Positions 11,982 to 25,949 are shown, counted from the whole stretch's first letter. The stretch is DNA of 64,000 bases, filler included, from Basidiobolus ranarum (GCA_040143965.1; 12 parts of 12 records of this genome joined end to end with filler, not necessarily neighbours in it); one strand, 5' to 3'. Translations and numbers: made by a program. Notes: a model not told the origin generated them from the sequence alone.

Positions 11982-14900
11982 ACCCTACTCGGAGCCTCTG
12001 CTCTAAAACTAATGCTCATGTAATAATGTATATTAACGGGAATTGTAGTACTCTCGATTTAACTGTATAGGGTCTCTACAATAGCTTATAGAATAAAATA
12101 ATAGTTGATACAAATATATACCAAACTACTTCCAAAGTAAAGAAATCTACATCCTAAGGTGACATTCTTCTCAACCCACAGTAGTGTTCTTCTCTAACTC
12201 GAACAGTAGGGGCGTAATCCTCAATATACAAACACATCATGAGCTTCTATGACAATTATGTGTTATGTATTCATACAATTCTGCCCGAGCATCCCTTGAT
12301 TTTTGAGATTCCGATCATCGTTCAATGGCTGAGTGTTCTGACCTGGTAAAAACTGTAGTATCACTTTTAGATCTTAACTCCAACATAGAAACATAATAAA
12401 GAAAGCATCATTTCTTTCAATGACTTTCATTTATATCTCTGTTCCCAGAATGTAGATAAAACTTGAATTCTCTCCATCCTTAGTTCCCATATCCTACATA
12501 CTTTCAGTAGATACACCTAGAGTTGATATGCAAGTGAGTTCCATGTTATGCATTTTTCTTTCATTATTGTTGATAATTTTTGCAAACATATGTACCCAGC
12601 TGGAGGTCATATTTTAGGAATCAGTAGTAGTGACTGCTTTTGGCGCTTACTACTACATCCTAAAGAAAATGGAGTGAAAGCTGGCACATCAATGATTGAG
12701 TTATTGAGTTCGGATGATATTCATCGATATACTTTCCCTCGATGACCATGCTTACTTGAATTCTTGCCAACAAGCCTCTGATGAACCTGCCATCAAACTA
12801 TATTTTGTCATTCAGCAACCTATTCTCAATGATGATTGGCATCCTACTACCTCATAGTCCTAGCTCGCTTTATAAGTAATGCTGCATAGTCAGATTTGTA
12901 TACAAATGCAGAAAACTGAGCAGACTAACCATGAATATATAAATATATATGTTTATACACATATATACATAATATGTTGCCACATCATCTATGATTGTCA
13001 TACAATGACTCAGGCTGTTGTACTACACCAGTCGATTGCTGAAAACACAGTAAAAAACCATCGGATCATATATTATGGGTATCAAATTTTATCTGTACAT
13101 GCTGACAACTTTATATACTCGAGTTGGATACATTAATATATGTAGGAAATTTGTAGAAAGAACCAATATTTATCATTGCTCAAAGTCAACAAATTCTTCA
13201 TCGTACAGCAAAACTAACAAGGACATAATCTCCATTCAGCTCTCATGGGGGAAATTTTCGTGCACATACCAAATGGGGTTGACTTCAAAGCCAAGTAGCA
13301 AAATGTCACAAAATATAAAATCCGACACCGTGAATATAGAAGGTTTAGATTCTATTTCATAATCTCCTGTATGTTGTGTGACTCACATAGTAATGCCAAG
13401 CAGCTTTTAGTGAGGGAAAGTGTAGCACCATGGATAGAATATTCAAACCAAAAAATCAGCAACTTGTGAATGTATATGAATCGCCTTGAAGCTTAAAGTT
13501 CCACTTGAATGATTGAAGACATGACATACATCATTATTGAGTCTAACATAGTCTAACATTGAACTTATAGTTAATAGTGAATAATCCCTGTTTGACATCT
13601 TCATAGCTATTACCAAAGGCAATATTTTTTTTGGTACTTCACAGAGTGGTATTTAATTGGTTTGAGCAAAGAAAATTGCACTCTTTGCTTTATATCTCCT
13701 AGTAATGATACGTGTTCAGGCTTTGATTGAAATAACATTCATTAATGGAACATTAAGCAGGCTGAGTCTATATTCTAACCTTAACTCTCGGACTAACGAG
13801 TTTGAATGGTGGATGTCATTTCTTTCCCTCAATGAACAACGACAAATTCATACTCGTTTGATAGTTGTTAAGCTATGCAAAGGATCTGCTATATACATCC
13901 TGAGGTCCTCGTCTTAATGCACAGGTGCCTAAATGGTGTAAGATAAGACTAGACCTGTATTATGATCAAAGGTTTCTAGCATAGGCATGTATTTGCCAAT
14001 ATCCTGTCAGAAGGGAATCCCACAATAATAACAACACATGAACCATTTTCAATGATAATACACCTGGATACTTCATAGGTACAAACGAAATTGTGTCACT
14101 TCTGCCTGAAATATAGATCACAAAACTTCAAAATTGTTGCGTTTAAAAGCAAGTTAGAGACCTAATTCATCAAGAACATAAATTTATCATGTAATTAGTT
14201 CGTCAATAAATACAAATCAATGAAACTGCATTTTACCGAGTACAGTGACAGTAAAACCGAGTACTTTAGCCCTAGATGGACACACCAATGCGAGCTCCAG
14301 AATCAACCCTAACCCTTCTTGAGTTACGTCGCACCAATCATACTATACTTTCCATCAGCTGTCCAAGAGGTCATTCAACCATTTCCTACAGCGCCTAACT
14401 CTAAGGAGGGAAGGAAACGGACGAGGGACAGAAATGCTGGATGAATGCTACTTTGCAGTTTCTGGATTTACAATGTATGCATGCTCTTCACCTATACCAG
14501 ATCCCCATCCATCTATTAGTTGAGAATAGTCTCAGAATCCATGCAAACTTATTGTGTGCAATATCTTCTTCCTGTTGTGTTGTTTGGCTGCATCAGACCA
14601 TAGACCCCATTGTATGCTTCATTGAGATGCAATTCATACGAGGCCCAATGATAATGTCCAACAGTCCATACATCTATTTGATTTGGTAAGATTCATCGCA
14701 TCTATAAACTCGGCAATAAAATTAGGTCAATATAGATATTTTCCTAGTTGTGAAGCAGCGGTGAAACGATTTTAAATAGCAATCAGTGAACCTATTTTAG
14801 TTTTGAAAATAACCAGTCATTTGTTGCTATACTTCGTTCTACCTGGGCCTATATCGGAAGTTTAATATGGAATCGAACGATTCAAGTTCGAAATTTTAAC

Positions 14901-15031
14901 GCATGAAGCAGTAATCTAGATGAGGATTACTTCTGCAAATACTGAATAGGAGAAGTTTGCCTTTTAAAAGATATAAACTCGCTCGGTGCCTACCAACACA
15001 TACTATCCTCTACTCTATCGTATTTGTCCAG

Positions 15032-15666
15032 ATGGACCTTAACCAGATACTTAATAAGCCTACACTCACTTCCCATGAAATCCCTGTCGAGTCTATATTG
15101 AAAGAGCAAGAACTGAATTCGTCTACATTTCCTTGTACGTGTTAGTTTGCTCAAAAGTGTTTCCAACCAGAGGATCATTAAATAAACATTTGAAAAATCA
15201 CCCCGAGATATGTACAATTCCTTCCGATCCATACGTTGAGTCTTCGTCGAAGCGATTTTCATGTACTTGGATAGGATGTGAGAAGAAATTCTCTCGTAAG
15301 TCTCAAATGGAACGACACTACCGTACTCACACAAATGATCGACCTTACAGCTGCGACATATGTACCAAGCGGTTCATTCAGCGGTCTGCTTTATTTGTTC
15401 ATCTACGTACTCATACTGGAGAAAAGCCATATCGTTGTGAGTATCCTGATTGCAATCAGTCATTTTCGGACTCTTCCGCACTAGGTCGTCATAGGAAATC
15501 CCATCTAGGTATTCGTCCATATGTCTGCGATCACTCAAAATGCGATAAATCATTCACTAGAAGAATTGCACTACGAAAACATCAACTCAAGCACCAAGAA
15601 GGAAATATTGTAATGTACATGCCAAAGGAAACGAAGTTTGTCAAACCGGCCACTGTTACGCATTGA
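15032..15666 (+). CDS. C2H2 zinc-finger transcription factor (five fingers); apparent frameshift at ~15135-15145
   Basis: Tandem C-x2/4-C...H-x3-H fingers with HTGEKPY and HTNDRPY linkers. The ATG frame (MDLNQILN) stops at 15145 and the fingers continue in another frame. Confidence 0.85.
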
Positions 15667-16140
15667 GATTTTATTATCAGGAAACCTCCATCTCTTGTAA
15701 ATTTACATTCATCGCATAAGAGGACCCAATCTCTGTCATATATAGTGGACTAATTCATCCATTAGAGAGTACCGATCTCTGATCACACAGCGCCTAGTAG
15801 CTCTTTCTGTAACCACTCATACAATTATCCAATTGAATATAAGATCGTATACTAAATCGAATTTATCATTTATAAATGCGTACTTCAAAAGCTAAGCTCA
15901 TCGTAGGTTGAAGGACTTCCTAAATAGGAAGGATCAGAAATGAGTAGTCATCGATTTCATGTTGCTTATCATCAGTGGGAGGAGATCGAATATCAGCTAT
16001 GGAATCGTTCGATTCAGAGCCAATTTCTTATGCTAGTTAGNNNNNNNNNNNNNNNNNNNNNNNNNNNNNNNNNNNNNNNNNNNNTTAATTAATTAANNNN
16101 NNNNNNNNNNNNNNNNNNNNNNNNNNNNNNNNNNNNNNNN

Positions 16141-16300
16141 ATCATTGTATCTGATTGTGGTGGGATAGCGCCATATTGTTTCTTATAGTGTCTGATCAGG
16201 TGTTATAGGACCCAGCCATGGTAATTGACAGATCATGCCAGATGGTGTACTAGCAGGCTGGATCAAGCGGCACAATCTGACCTGGTCCGATGGAACAAGT
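16141..16300. repeat. Unclassified dispersed repeat, second copy at ~47338-47500
   Basis: Shared 'GCCATATTGTT.CTTATAGTGTCTGAT...AGGACCCAGCCATGGTAATTGACAGAT...CTAGCAG.CTGGATC'. Confidence 0.8.
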
Positions 16301-16499
16301 CTAGTCATGTTACTACCTTGCTGCCTACCAGACAAGTTTGGGAACTTCATAATTATCATAGAATGTAGTTCAGAGCTTTTAACAATGGAATATGTTGTAG
16401 CTAGGCTTATAAATGAGAAATTAAGCAGATCTACTTCTCAGCAAACTAATGAAGATCAGGCACTTTAGGAGCAGTAAAAATCTGACAGACTTCAATAAT

Positions 16500-17720
16500 T
16501 ATGCAACTGAAGGGAAATTAATCTTTTGGAAGCATTGCAAGCAATCAGGTCATGTGGTCTCCATTGCAAGAAAAAGATTATTGTCAAATACTAAAATCAC
16601 AACCAGCAAATCATGAAAGCACTGCAAGGGACCAGCTATTTGTATCTGCCTATTGGTAACCACCAAGGAATACTGAGAAGCATGGTACATTGATTCAGGA
16701 GCTTCCCAGCATATCTAAAACAGGAATGATTGATTTTCTAGCTTAACACTCATCCAAGCAAAGAAAGCCTACTTTGGAGATGACTATGTGTTATATGCAG
16801 TTGGTAGGGGCAGAGTTGTGCTTAGTTAAGACCAAAATTCTGCTACACCATCTGTATAATTGGATGTTGTACTCTATGTATCAAATATCGCCCTTAATCT
16901 ACTGTCACTAAGCTAAGCAACAGCACAAGGACCAAATGTCATGTGCAAAAAGGCTGGATGAACTATCACAGCTTTGAATAATACCAAAGTAGCTTCAGCA
17001 ATCAAAGCTCAATACTTATAAGCTTAATATTAACAAATTACATTGTGAGCATGCAAACTAGCCAAATCAAGTGAAATAAGTAGCCAAATGTGGCCTAAAT
17101 ATTAGGCAACATTGGTGAACATAAACTGACCTAAAATGAATCAAAATCAGCTAGCATCAGCCTTGTAATTTGAAAATATCATCAATTGAATCTGTTTGAA
17201 GATTTAGCATATGGAAAACATCACCGGCAGCCAGTACCAAGCTCTGTAGAGATCATATCCATTAGAAATATTGCCCTAATTATTTCTGACCTATGTGGGT
17301 CCTTGAAAAATATCTCACTAGGCAGCTGAAGATACTCTATTACCTTTATGGAAAAACTACTGTACCTTATATGCCACAGCAAAACAGAGTTGCAGAATGT
17401 GCCAATAGGAGCATAGTGGAGAAGGCAAGATCAATGTTACATGATCAAAAGCAAGAATACTAATATTGGGCTTAATCTGTCACAAAGCCATTCTATATCA
17501 AAAAAAGAAACAAAAAAGATTGATACCAAATTCTACTCCAATGGAAGCTCTATATGTATCATAGTAAGCATGGATTCTTGCAGGAACTTTAGTTGTACAG
17601 TGTATTGCCTGAATTGACCTTAAAGTGCTCTAAATTGAAGCCTGAAACATGTAGGTGCATGTTTCTTGGTTACTGTAATGACTCTAAGGCCTACAGCCTG
17701 TTTGATACTAAAAATTGACA
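16500..17720 (+). mobile_element. Degenerate Ty1/Copia gag-pol fragment (protease, integrase)
   Basis: WYIDSGASQH protease motif at ~16683. Integrase TVPY(M)PQQN(R)VAE(C)ANRSIVEKARSML at ~17359-17440. CMFLGYC at ~17656. Many stops and frameshifts. Confidence 0.9.
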
Positions 17721-17760
17721 TTAAATTAACTGCTTGATTTGATAATTACCTCTAATTAAG

Positions 17761-18112
17761 TGTGATAAAGGTGTGTACAGCATATGGAAGTGTTTTGGAC
17801 AAGATTTAGATTTATGAATAAGACACTTAAGTTTTATAGAAATAGATATGACCTATTTTTGGTTTACTATGAAAAATGACTATTGTACATGCTTATATTG
17901 TAACAAACATGCCTGTTAAGCATGGGTGTAAATTTGAGATGATTTGGAAATGTTTTGACAAAATAGTGAAAAGAGCAAAATTGATCTATTGACCTATCTA
18001 TCTATTAGGGCATTAAACACACATTTTTAAGTGGCAGAATTCAGTGCTAAATAATCAGAAAATTAATAGGCTAACTACTAAATAATGAGTTGCTATATAC
18101 ATAGTTTTGACA
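17761..18112 (-). repeat. Copia LTR family B (3' LTR of a minus-strand element); other copies at ~19812-20202, ~50370-50710 (opposite orientation) and ~53410-53530
   Basis: TG...CA ends; purine-rich tract immediately adjacent on the minus strand; RNase H remnant next to it; shared blocks GGACAAGATT..GATTT.TGAAT.AGA and ACTAAATAATGAGTTGCTAT. Confidence 0.75.
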
Positions 18113-19400
18113 TTGCCTCTCAACTTACTATTTAGTATATCTCTCAAACCTAACATTTATCTGAATAATGCAAATTGTGCATTAGCTAAAGCTTTGGTTA
18201 AGATGTCAGCAATCATTGCTTCAGTAGGGAAATAGACTAGTTTAACTATATCATTCTTTATTGCTTCTCTAGCAAAATGATGCTTGATATCTATATGTTT
18301 TGTTCTAACATGAAATGTAGAGTTTTTAGCTAAGGGAATGTAACTTTGATTATCTTTAAATACAGTAATCAGCAGGTCTTTTCATGTATCCTAAGTCCGT
18401 AGATTACTACCTTAGCCATGCAGCTTCTTGTGTAGTAGCAGAGGTAGCTATATACTCTGCTTCTGTAGTGGAAAGTGCTACATTTGGTTGCTTCTTGCTA
18501 TTCCAAGTTAAAGCTCCTTTACCAAGGTGAAAAGTATATCCAGTTGTTGATCTTGTATCATCAAATTTTCTTCCCCAGTTTGCATCACAGAAGCCGTAAG
18601 AATTTTGTGGATCAGGAGTGTTACTAAGTTACTGTGAGATTTGTCATCTCAAGTTGCACAGAGAACTTCTTCATAGTAATTACAGTTTTGTTAGATTGCG
18701 TTATACCAGGATCAGACCAGTCATATATAGGTCAACAGTCAAGCTATAGTCTTGTGTGAGCACAATTTAATCACTTTGGCTGCATGAGAAATATGGCTTT
18801 GTGGAGAATTAGTTCAACATATTATTCTAGTTTCTTAGGGCTCACTCCACTCCTCAAAAAATGTCTTACCTAGCACAAAAAATTTAGTTGCTTTTCCTAT
18901 GCAGGAGGCTAAAAAGTATAAGTCTCTTCTCTCAAGTCCCTTTTCAGAGATGCTATCTTGCCATTTACTTGATAAATCTCCCAGTCTTCTTGAGCTTATA
19001 ATGCTAGTATACTTCTGATGGAAGTATAAGCAGTCATTGGAGTGTTTGTCTTCTTAAAACTTACACCCTCAACCTGTAAGTATCCTTTGGCAATAAGGTT
19101 TGCTTTTTCTTGGTTTGGTGTTTTGATGGCATTTCTCTTAATTTTAAAGATCCATGGGTATCCAACAGATTTCTGCCTGGTTGGTAAGTATAGCAAATCT
19201 CAAGTTAATTTACAATTACACAGCTACATTCTTCATCAATAGTCTTATATTATAGTCCTTTAATTTCACTTTGGAGCACTTGAAATACTATTTTAGGCTC
19301 ACCAGTTTGCACATTCATAGAAAAATTGGTAGGCTTCAACAATTCAGGGGGAGGCTACTTCAGGTGATGGGATTTTCTTCTTGTTTTTGTTTTTTCTTCA
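18113..19400 (-). mobile_element. Degenerate Copia RT/RNase H
   Basis: 'LAKNSTFHVRTKHIDIKHHFAREAI', 'ALSTTEAEY', 'WIFKIKRN...KANLIAKGYLQVEGV' on the minus strand. Confidence 0.9.
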
Positions 19401-20202
19401 ACAAATTCCTTTAAAACTCAAGCTCATCACCAGAAACTTCATCTATAATATAAATAGATTTGGTGAATGCATCCAAACACTCTTCAGCTGCTTAATCATC
19501 TTTTTTCCACATCTTCAAAAGTGATACAGTCCAAATCCTGAGTATTACACCAATTTTTGTTGAATGCCTCATGACTATTGCTGAGCATAGGTCTGACTTC
19601 AAAGGCTCTGCACACAAACACTGTGAAGTAAGAAACATATGATTTTTGACTATTCAATTGTTCATAGCGGATCATTACATACACAGCTTAAATATCTCTT
19701 CTGTGCATCAATTAAATAGCTGTGCATTTAGCTCCTGGCCAGAATTAATAGCCAGATTGTGGGTAAGGTTATGTAGCCATGGCAGTGTCTACAACAGTGT
19801 TGCAATTTTTTTCATGATAAAAGTGTTTATGGAATTTGGAATTGTTATGGACAAGATTTGGATTTGTGAATTAGAAACAGAAGTTTTATTAAATTTGATT
19901 ATGTCCTATTACACTGCTATTGTATTGACTCAAGTATGAGCTAACTATAGCTTACTATGAAATAGGCCTATTGGATTTGCTTAGATCACAACAAATGTAC
20001 CTGTATAACATGGGTGAAAATATGAGATGATTTGCAGAAGATTTCAGAAAATGGTCACAATTGGAAAAAATAATCTAATTCAAATTTCTATCAATGAAAC
20101 CAAGAATCACATGTTTTCAAATGGCAAAATTAAGTACTAAATAAGTAGAATATGAATAAACTTATTACTAAATAATGAGTTGCTATTTACCTCATTTCGA
20201 CA

Positions 20203-21300
20203 TTCCAACTCAACAAATTAATATATATTTCTACTAAACCCAATTTATTTAATAATGATTAAAATTGTGTTATGGCTAAAGGTTAGGATAAGATGTCTGC
20301 ACTCATTTCCTAAGAAGGGCAATATTCAAACTCAAATGTATAGTTCTCTATTGCTTCTCTTACAAAATGAAGCCTGATATTGATATGTTTGGTTCAAGCA
20401 TGAAGTGTAAGTCTTTAGCTAATGAAATACAACTTTGATTATCCTCAAGTACAGTTGTAATACATTTTTGTATGTATCTGAGGTCTATGGGTAGCTTCCT
20501 TAACCACATAGCTTTTTGTGCAGTAGCAGAGACAGCCATATACTCTACTACTCAAGTGGAAAGTTCTATAGTACATTGCTCCTTACTAATCCAAGTTGTA
20601 GCTCCATTGCCATAGAGAAAATTGTAGCCAGTTGTGATCTTGTATCATCATGGTTTCTTCCCCAGTCTGCATCACTACAGCCTTCAGAAGCTTGTGCATC
20701 CACAGTGCCAGAGTATTTCAGAACTAGATCTACAGTTCCTCTTAAATACCTGAATATTTGTATTACTGCAATTTTTTGCTCAGAACCTGAATTTATGAGA
20801 AATTTGCGGACAGTTCCCACTGTGACAGCAGTATCTAACTCATGGCCTTGAGTTGAGTCATTTTGAGCCAAATATGAAAATATTTTGATTAAATTCTAGC
20901 TGGGATCTGTTGGTATTGATACAGGTTGGCTATTCTCCATGCAAAGCATGTTAGGATATCTAGGATGTAGCAAGACTGATTCAGCATGATTTTCTGACTG
21001 GGATTTTCTCTCTTGATTTGGATTCCAAAGAAACAACTTATTTCACCATTATTGGTCATCTGAAATTGGTTTGATGATCTGCATTTTGCCTGATTAAGTG
21101 TGTCTAAAGCATTTGTAGCTATGATCAAGTCATCAACACATAGTGTCAAGATTAAAATCCTATTTCCAGTGGTTTTGACATAAATGCTGTCATCTGCTGC
21201 ACATTTTGAAATTCCCGTGATTCCAACTAGGTATCTATCTATTTGTACCATGCCCTGGATGCTTGCTTGGGCTCCAATTTAGAGTGTTTTTGAGCTGAAT
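20203..21300 (-). mobile_element. Degenerate Copia RT/RNase H (second copy)
   Basis: 'LILTLCVDDLII' (YVDD), 'IFRYLRGT', 'GCSDADWG', 'KHINIRLHFVREAI'. Confidence 0.9.
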
Positions 21301-22389
21301 TAAGCAATATGTGGTGCAACCAAAGATCCGGAGATGACTCACATTTAGTTTTAATTCACATATAGCTTCAGATGGTGTAGAATATGTGGCAATTCTGGTG
21401 GGCTTGTTACTTTNNNNNNNNNNNNNNNNNNNNNNNNNNNNNNNNNNNNNNNNNNNNTTAATTAATTAANNNNNNNNNNNNNNNNNNNNNNNNNNNNNNN
21501 NNNNNNNNNNNNNTTCCACCAAAAAGTATAAATGCTTTATTTCTGGACAATAAACAATTATCTCACAAAGCTATTCACAACTCCACTTTTCTAAAGTTCC
21601 TCCAAACAGCCCATATTTTCCCAATAACCAGATCATCTATACCCTAATGTGTGAAGAGTTTGGGACTTCTAGAATAAGTTTAAAGAAATGTATATATGTG
21701 AGAACTTCAAAGTTGGTAAAAATATTCAAGGTAAATTCCAATTAAGAATAATGAGTTATATCTTAGTAAAATTTAGGAGAACTAAATACTAAGTTATATA
21801 TGATTATACAGATGTTTAGGCATTGCTAATTTCAACAATTTCTACATTTCTCAAGCCAAGGTACTCCATCCTCCTACCTTCATTGTGATTGATGAAATCT
21901 GGGACATCACCTTAAAAAGATCATAGTTGGCTATTTCTTACAAAATTTGTTTCTATCTTGGCTTCTTAGTTTATTTGTGTTGTATAATTTGAGATAAATA
22001 CAGAATATAGCTCCTGGTGCTTTTCATCCTCCTATCCTTCTGGAAAACTCTACTTAGGCCCCATTTCTTCTGAAATTCTATACTCTTGGCTCCATCATAG
22101 CAGACTAGGAAACTCAGCTTTGTCAACATCTTATCTTTATGTTTGAATAGTATATTCTAACTTCGCTTATTTATTTATTAACTTGGTTTTAATTGATAAA
22201 TGAATATTATACCTTCTGGTGTTTATAACCCCCCCCTAATGATTTATTCAATCATATCATAGGCTATATGAATTTGTCATCTTTAAAGACTCAAATGCTA
22301 TAGGACAAATTTTAACAAGTAATGATGATTATATCCACAACAGAGTCAATCACTATGTAGTAATAAGATTAATGGAAAACAAAGGATTT

Positions 22390-24397
22390 TCATACATATG
22401 GCGTGAAACAAGTATGGAAATCTACATCCAATAGGCATTGAGAAAGATAAGCAGCCACCTCGTCATATTCGCAATCCTTAGCAGCTTCTAAGGCACCGTG
22501 AAGAGCCGGAGATGTACAATAGGCCCAGTATTGTTTCCATGCAGTCAGACACTCCTGAGGGTTTTGAGAAAGAGGTATGCCAACGCCCCGAGACAGGATG
22601 AAAAGCTTAACAAATGAGCATAGATCGTCTTCAGGCAAACAAGGAAAGACATAATCTCCATTGGAAAGAAGCGTTAGGATTCTATCGGATGCTGTCTTTA
22701 TCGTCCCTTGATATACGGCGCTAACCCCATTCTTGACTGCAAACCCCCAGTCGTTTATAACAACGGAGGTTTTGGCAATAAGGATATTGGCTTGACGCAA
22801 ATCACGATGGATAATATTTTTGGAGTGAGCATGCTTCAAGATTTTGACTATTTCTTCGCAGTCCTTGGAGGTAATTTTCCTAATGGGTTGACAATATGGA
22901 GTCATCAGAATTGAAGGGGGGTTTCCCTGAGCGATAAACTTTGGTATGCCAGCTCCATAATCAGCGAGGTCTAGAAGTTTCTGTTTTTCGTCTTCCATTA
23001 GATAGCTATAGTCATCGAAATAGGCCTTGATTACACCACTCTTTTCAACTGGTCCCAACGATGGGTCCGTTAGTTCAACTTTGTACACCGTAGATGTCGC
23101 ACCTTCACCTAAGGCCTTCATATATTTATAAGTAGTGTTTGGAAATGTGATGGGTGGTAGATCATTGAAAATCTTCGCATTTGGTGTAGTCATGAGGTAC
23201 CATAGAAATTCCAATCCCTGCTTAATAAACATTCCGCTATGAATGAAAGCCTGTGACCTGGTTACTTCCAATATTTTTACTGTACGAAGGTCCGTCAGCA
23301 CACAAAAGGCACATGTTCGAAAAGGTTGAAGCCCAAGAAGAATACGGCAATAATCCATTGCTTGATCTGTATCTTTTGCTTTAGGCGACATTGTAGCCTT
23401 GAGCTCCATAAATCCTACAAGACCAATCTGATAAGGAACTTTTTTCTCGGCAATCTTAAAATCTGGCGCCCTGGCGCTACTCCCCCTCCTGTAACCAGGC
23501 ATTCGAGCCATAAGCATATCGAAGGCTAACAGCTCCCGTTTCGTCGATTCTACATTATAGAAAAAGTGTTTGACTAAATATTTCTGAGAGTAAAAGAACA
23601 TTATTAGGCTTACCATCTATCAAGAAATGTTTGTCATGTGTATCAACGCACTCATTGAGGATCCGAGAGTCTTTGAAGCTCGCAAATGCTTTGCAGGCAT
23701 AATTCTGAAGTGTCTTTTTGCTCTTGGTTTTGGGTACTTTCATGAATTTTTTTTTTAACTTGGATGGTAGCGAAGTAGAAGGCCGAGGTAGAGTTCTTGT
23801 ATCTCCAGATTCCTGAGGTATGATCTTTTCGAACCTATCCATCACTGTCAGAGATGCAACTTGAGTAGCAAATAATATTGATGGCAATATTCATGAAAGT
23901 TTTACTTTGATTAATTGCAAGCATCGCAGCAGCTGTACTCGCAGAATCACTTTTACTCCATGAAGTTGATTGAATTTTCGCACGTGCGGTTCTTTCCGCT
24001 TCAATTATTCGTTTCGTTTTTTCTTCCTCTATCTTTCGTTTCGTTTCTTCTTTCCTTCGCATCTCTTCTCGTTTAGTTTCTTCTTCCTCTATCTTTCGTT
24101 TCGTTTCTTCTTCCTCTTTCTTATTAGCTAAATTTTCTAACTTATCGTAAAGAATTTTTACTCGCTCATTTAAGCTTTTCTATATATAGATCCACGTAGT
24201 AGTAAATAAATAAAAAGTTCGAACAAAGCTTTGATGAGTTTTACGAACTCGATTTTCGGCGTCGTTAGATTCCTTTAATTGGTCAGAGACATCGCGTAGT
24301 TCTTGAGAAAATAACGCAATGAGCTAACAAAAAGCAATTTAGAAATAGTTTGTAACAGAGGAAAGAAAATCTCTGGCCTCACTGCTTCTGTATTCAT
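22390..24397 (-). CDS. Crinkler-like protein: coiled coil, PD-(D/E)xK nuclease-like domain, protein kinase domain; 5 exons
   Basis: ATG at 24397; four GT-AG introns join the frames. E/K/R-rich repeats (EEETKRKIEE). 'APDF...GFMELK' nuclease-like motif. Kinase motifs LGEGATSTVYK, VIK, HRDLRQANIL, INDWGFA, GTIKTASDRIL, DDLCSF. Confidence 0.8.
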
Positions 24398-25479
24398 GGC
24401 GAATAATTTGAAAAGGAATATTTAAGTGAAAGGAATTTGTTTGAGGGCAAACCGCTATATATCGCATCATAAATAAATTGGAGCATCAATTCCCATTTAT
24501 TGATTAAATTTAAACGGAATTGTATTTCTGGAACGGATCATTGAATTATATACCAATAATTAGTCGGATACTTAAACTATGATTGTAATCAAGACGCTCA
24601 TGACTACACTCAAGTATTTGCTTCAAATTCCACCCTTGCTATTAGTCTGATTTATAGAGAGTTTACTAACCTACGATGTACAACAAAATTGGTGATAGAA
24701 ATAGAATTGATTAACAGTATGAAACTAAGGGTGATGATCAAGGCTAGGGCTATAAAGTGAATGAGGCAGGTAAGGTAAAAACGATGTTCATTGGCGTATA
24801 GTGGAAATCGTTCCTGCAAATACTGAAAGATGAATTTAACCGATTAAAGCTGAAGTATGATTTATCATCTCCCTTGCCCATTTAGCAACGTCACGAGTAC
24901 TAGCAGAAGAATGTCTACTTGGTCTACCTTCCTTTAAGCATGCAGTAATCCAACTCATTTTTTGCGTCTATTTGTTTAAATGGCAATATCTTGTCATTTA
25001 CTCCATCTTTTAATGTGATATTTGTCACACTGCTTGAGCAGGGCCCAAATGATAGTCATTTATGTTATGAAGATGATTCCATTAATTGTGCCAATATTGT
25101 ACCCACTTATATTCAGTTCAGTGAGTAAATCAGATTTGAATACCACACATTCTTTACCTTAAATTTTGCATAGTTGGATATATTTCTGAATTCTACATTA
25201 TATAAGGGAAATACTATTCACATCATGGTTTTGGTGGTGATCATCACATGTCCCATATAAGCCTTGCAGCCTAGCACCAAGTAAGCCTTTAACAATCAAG
25301 AAATATTTTATAAATGTTTATCAAGATAGCAACTCTAAATAGACTTTTTTCAATATTTGCAAATTTCTGTTTAATTCTTCTTCATTCACCTTCTACACTT
25401 ACTACTAACTCATATTGCTTTACCTCTGCCAGAACCAATAACCTCTCTGGCATCTGCTTTCCTCTCCCTCTAACTGACA

Positions 25480-25930
25480 AAGCAAGTTCATCCCCTAATT
25501 TGTAACTTACCAATTATTGAATGTGTAACAATAAACAATTTATACAGTATCTTACCTATTCAAATTTATATTTGAAATATTCACATATTTTTGGCCAATC
25601 ATTTGTCTCTCACTCATATATTTTCCTGTTCTTCAATTGGACCCAACAGCTCCAGCATTATGAAACACCAGTAATTTTGGCTCACTGTTGACATATCACA
25701 GTAATCATTGATGGATTGATATGCAGTATGATAGTAATGATCAGGATTGCTTGATTCCTATTTTTTAGAGCAGCAAATGATTCATTCAATCATGTAAGCT
25801 TCCAATTGCATGAGAATGTGAACAGATTGAGACATAATGAGCAAATATGGTTGCCCAAGCATTTTTATTGAGAGACAGAGTTTATCTAATTGTAGTGAAA
25901 TTGCTATATATTAATAGCTATCATTGATTT
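25480..25930. repeat. Unclassified dispersed repeat, inverted homolog at ~46800-47260
   Basis: Blocks GGCCAATCATTTGTCTCTCACTCA and GCATTATGAAACAC match the reverse complement of 47070-47145. Confidence 0.75.
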
Positions 25931-25949
25931 TTTTGATAAATATATTGGG

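Noticed and set aside
12100-14950. Short ORFs between the MFS and zinc-finger genes
   Set aside because: No recognisable motifs or consistent splice model; treated as intergenic or degenerate.
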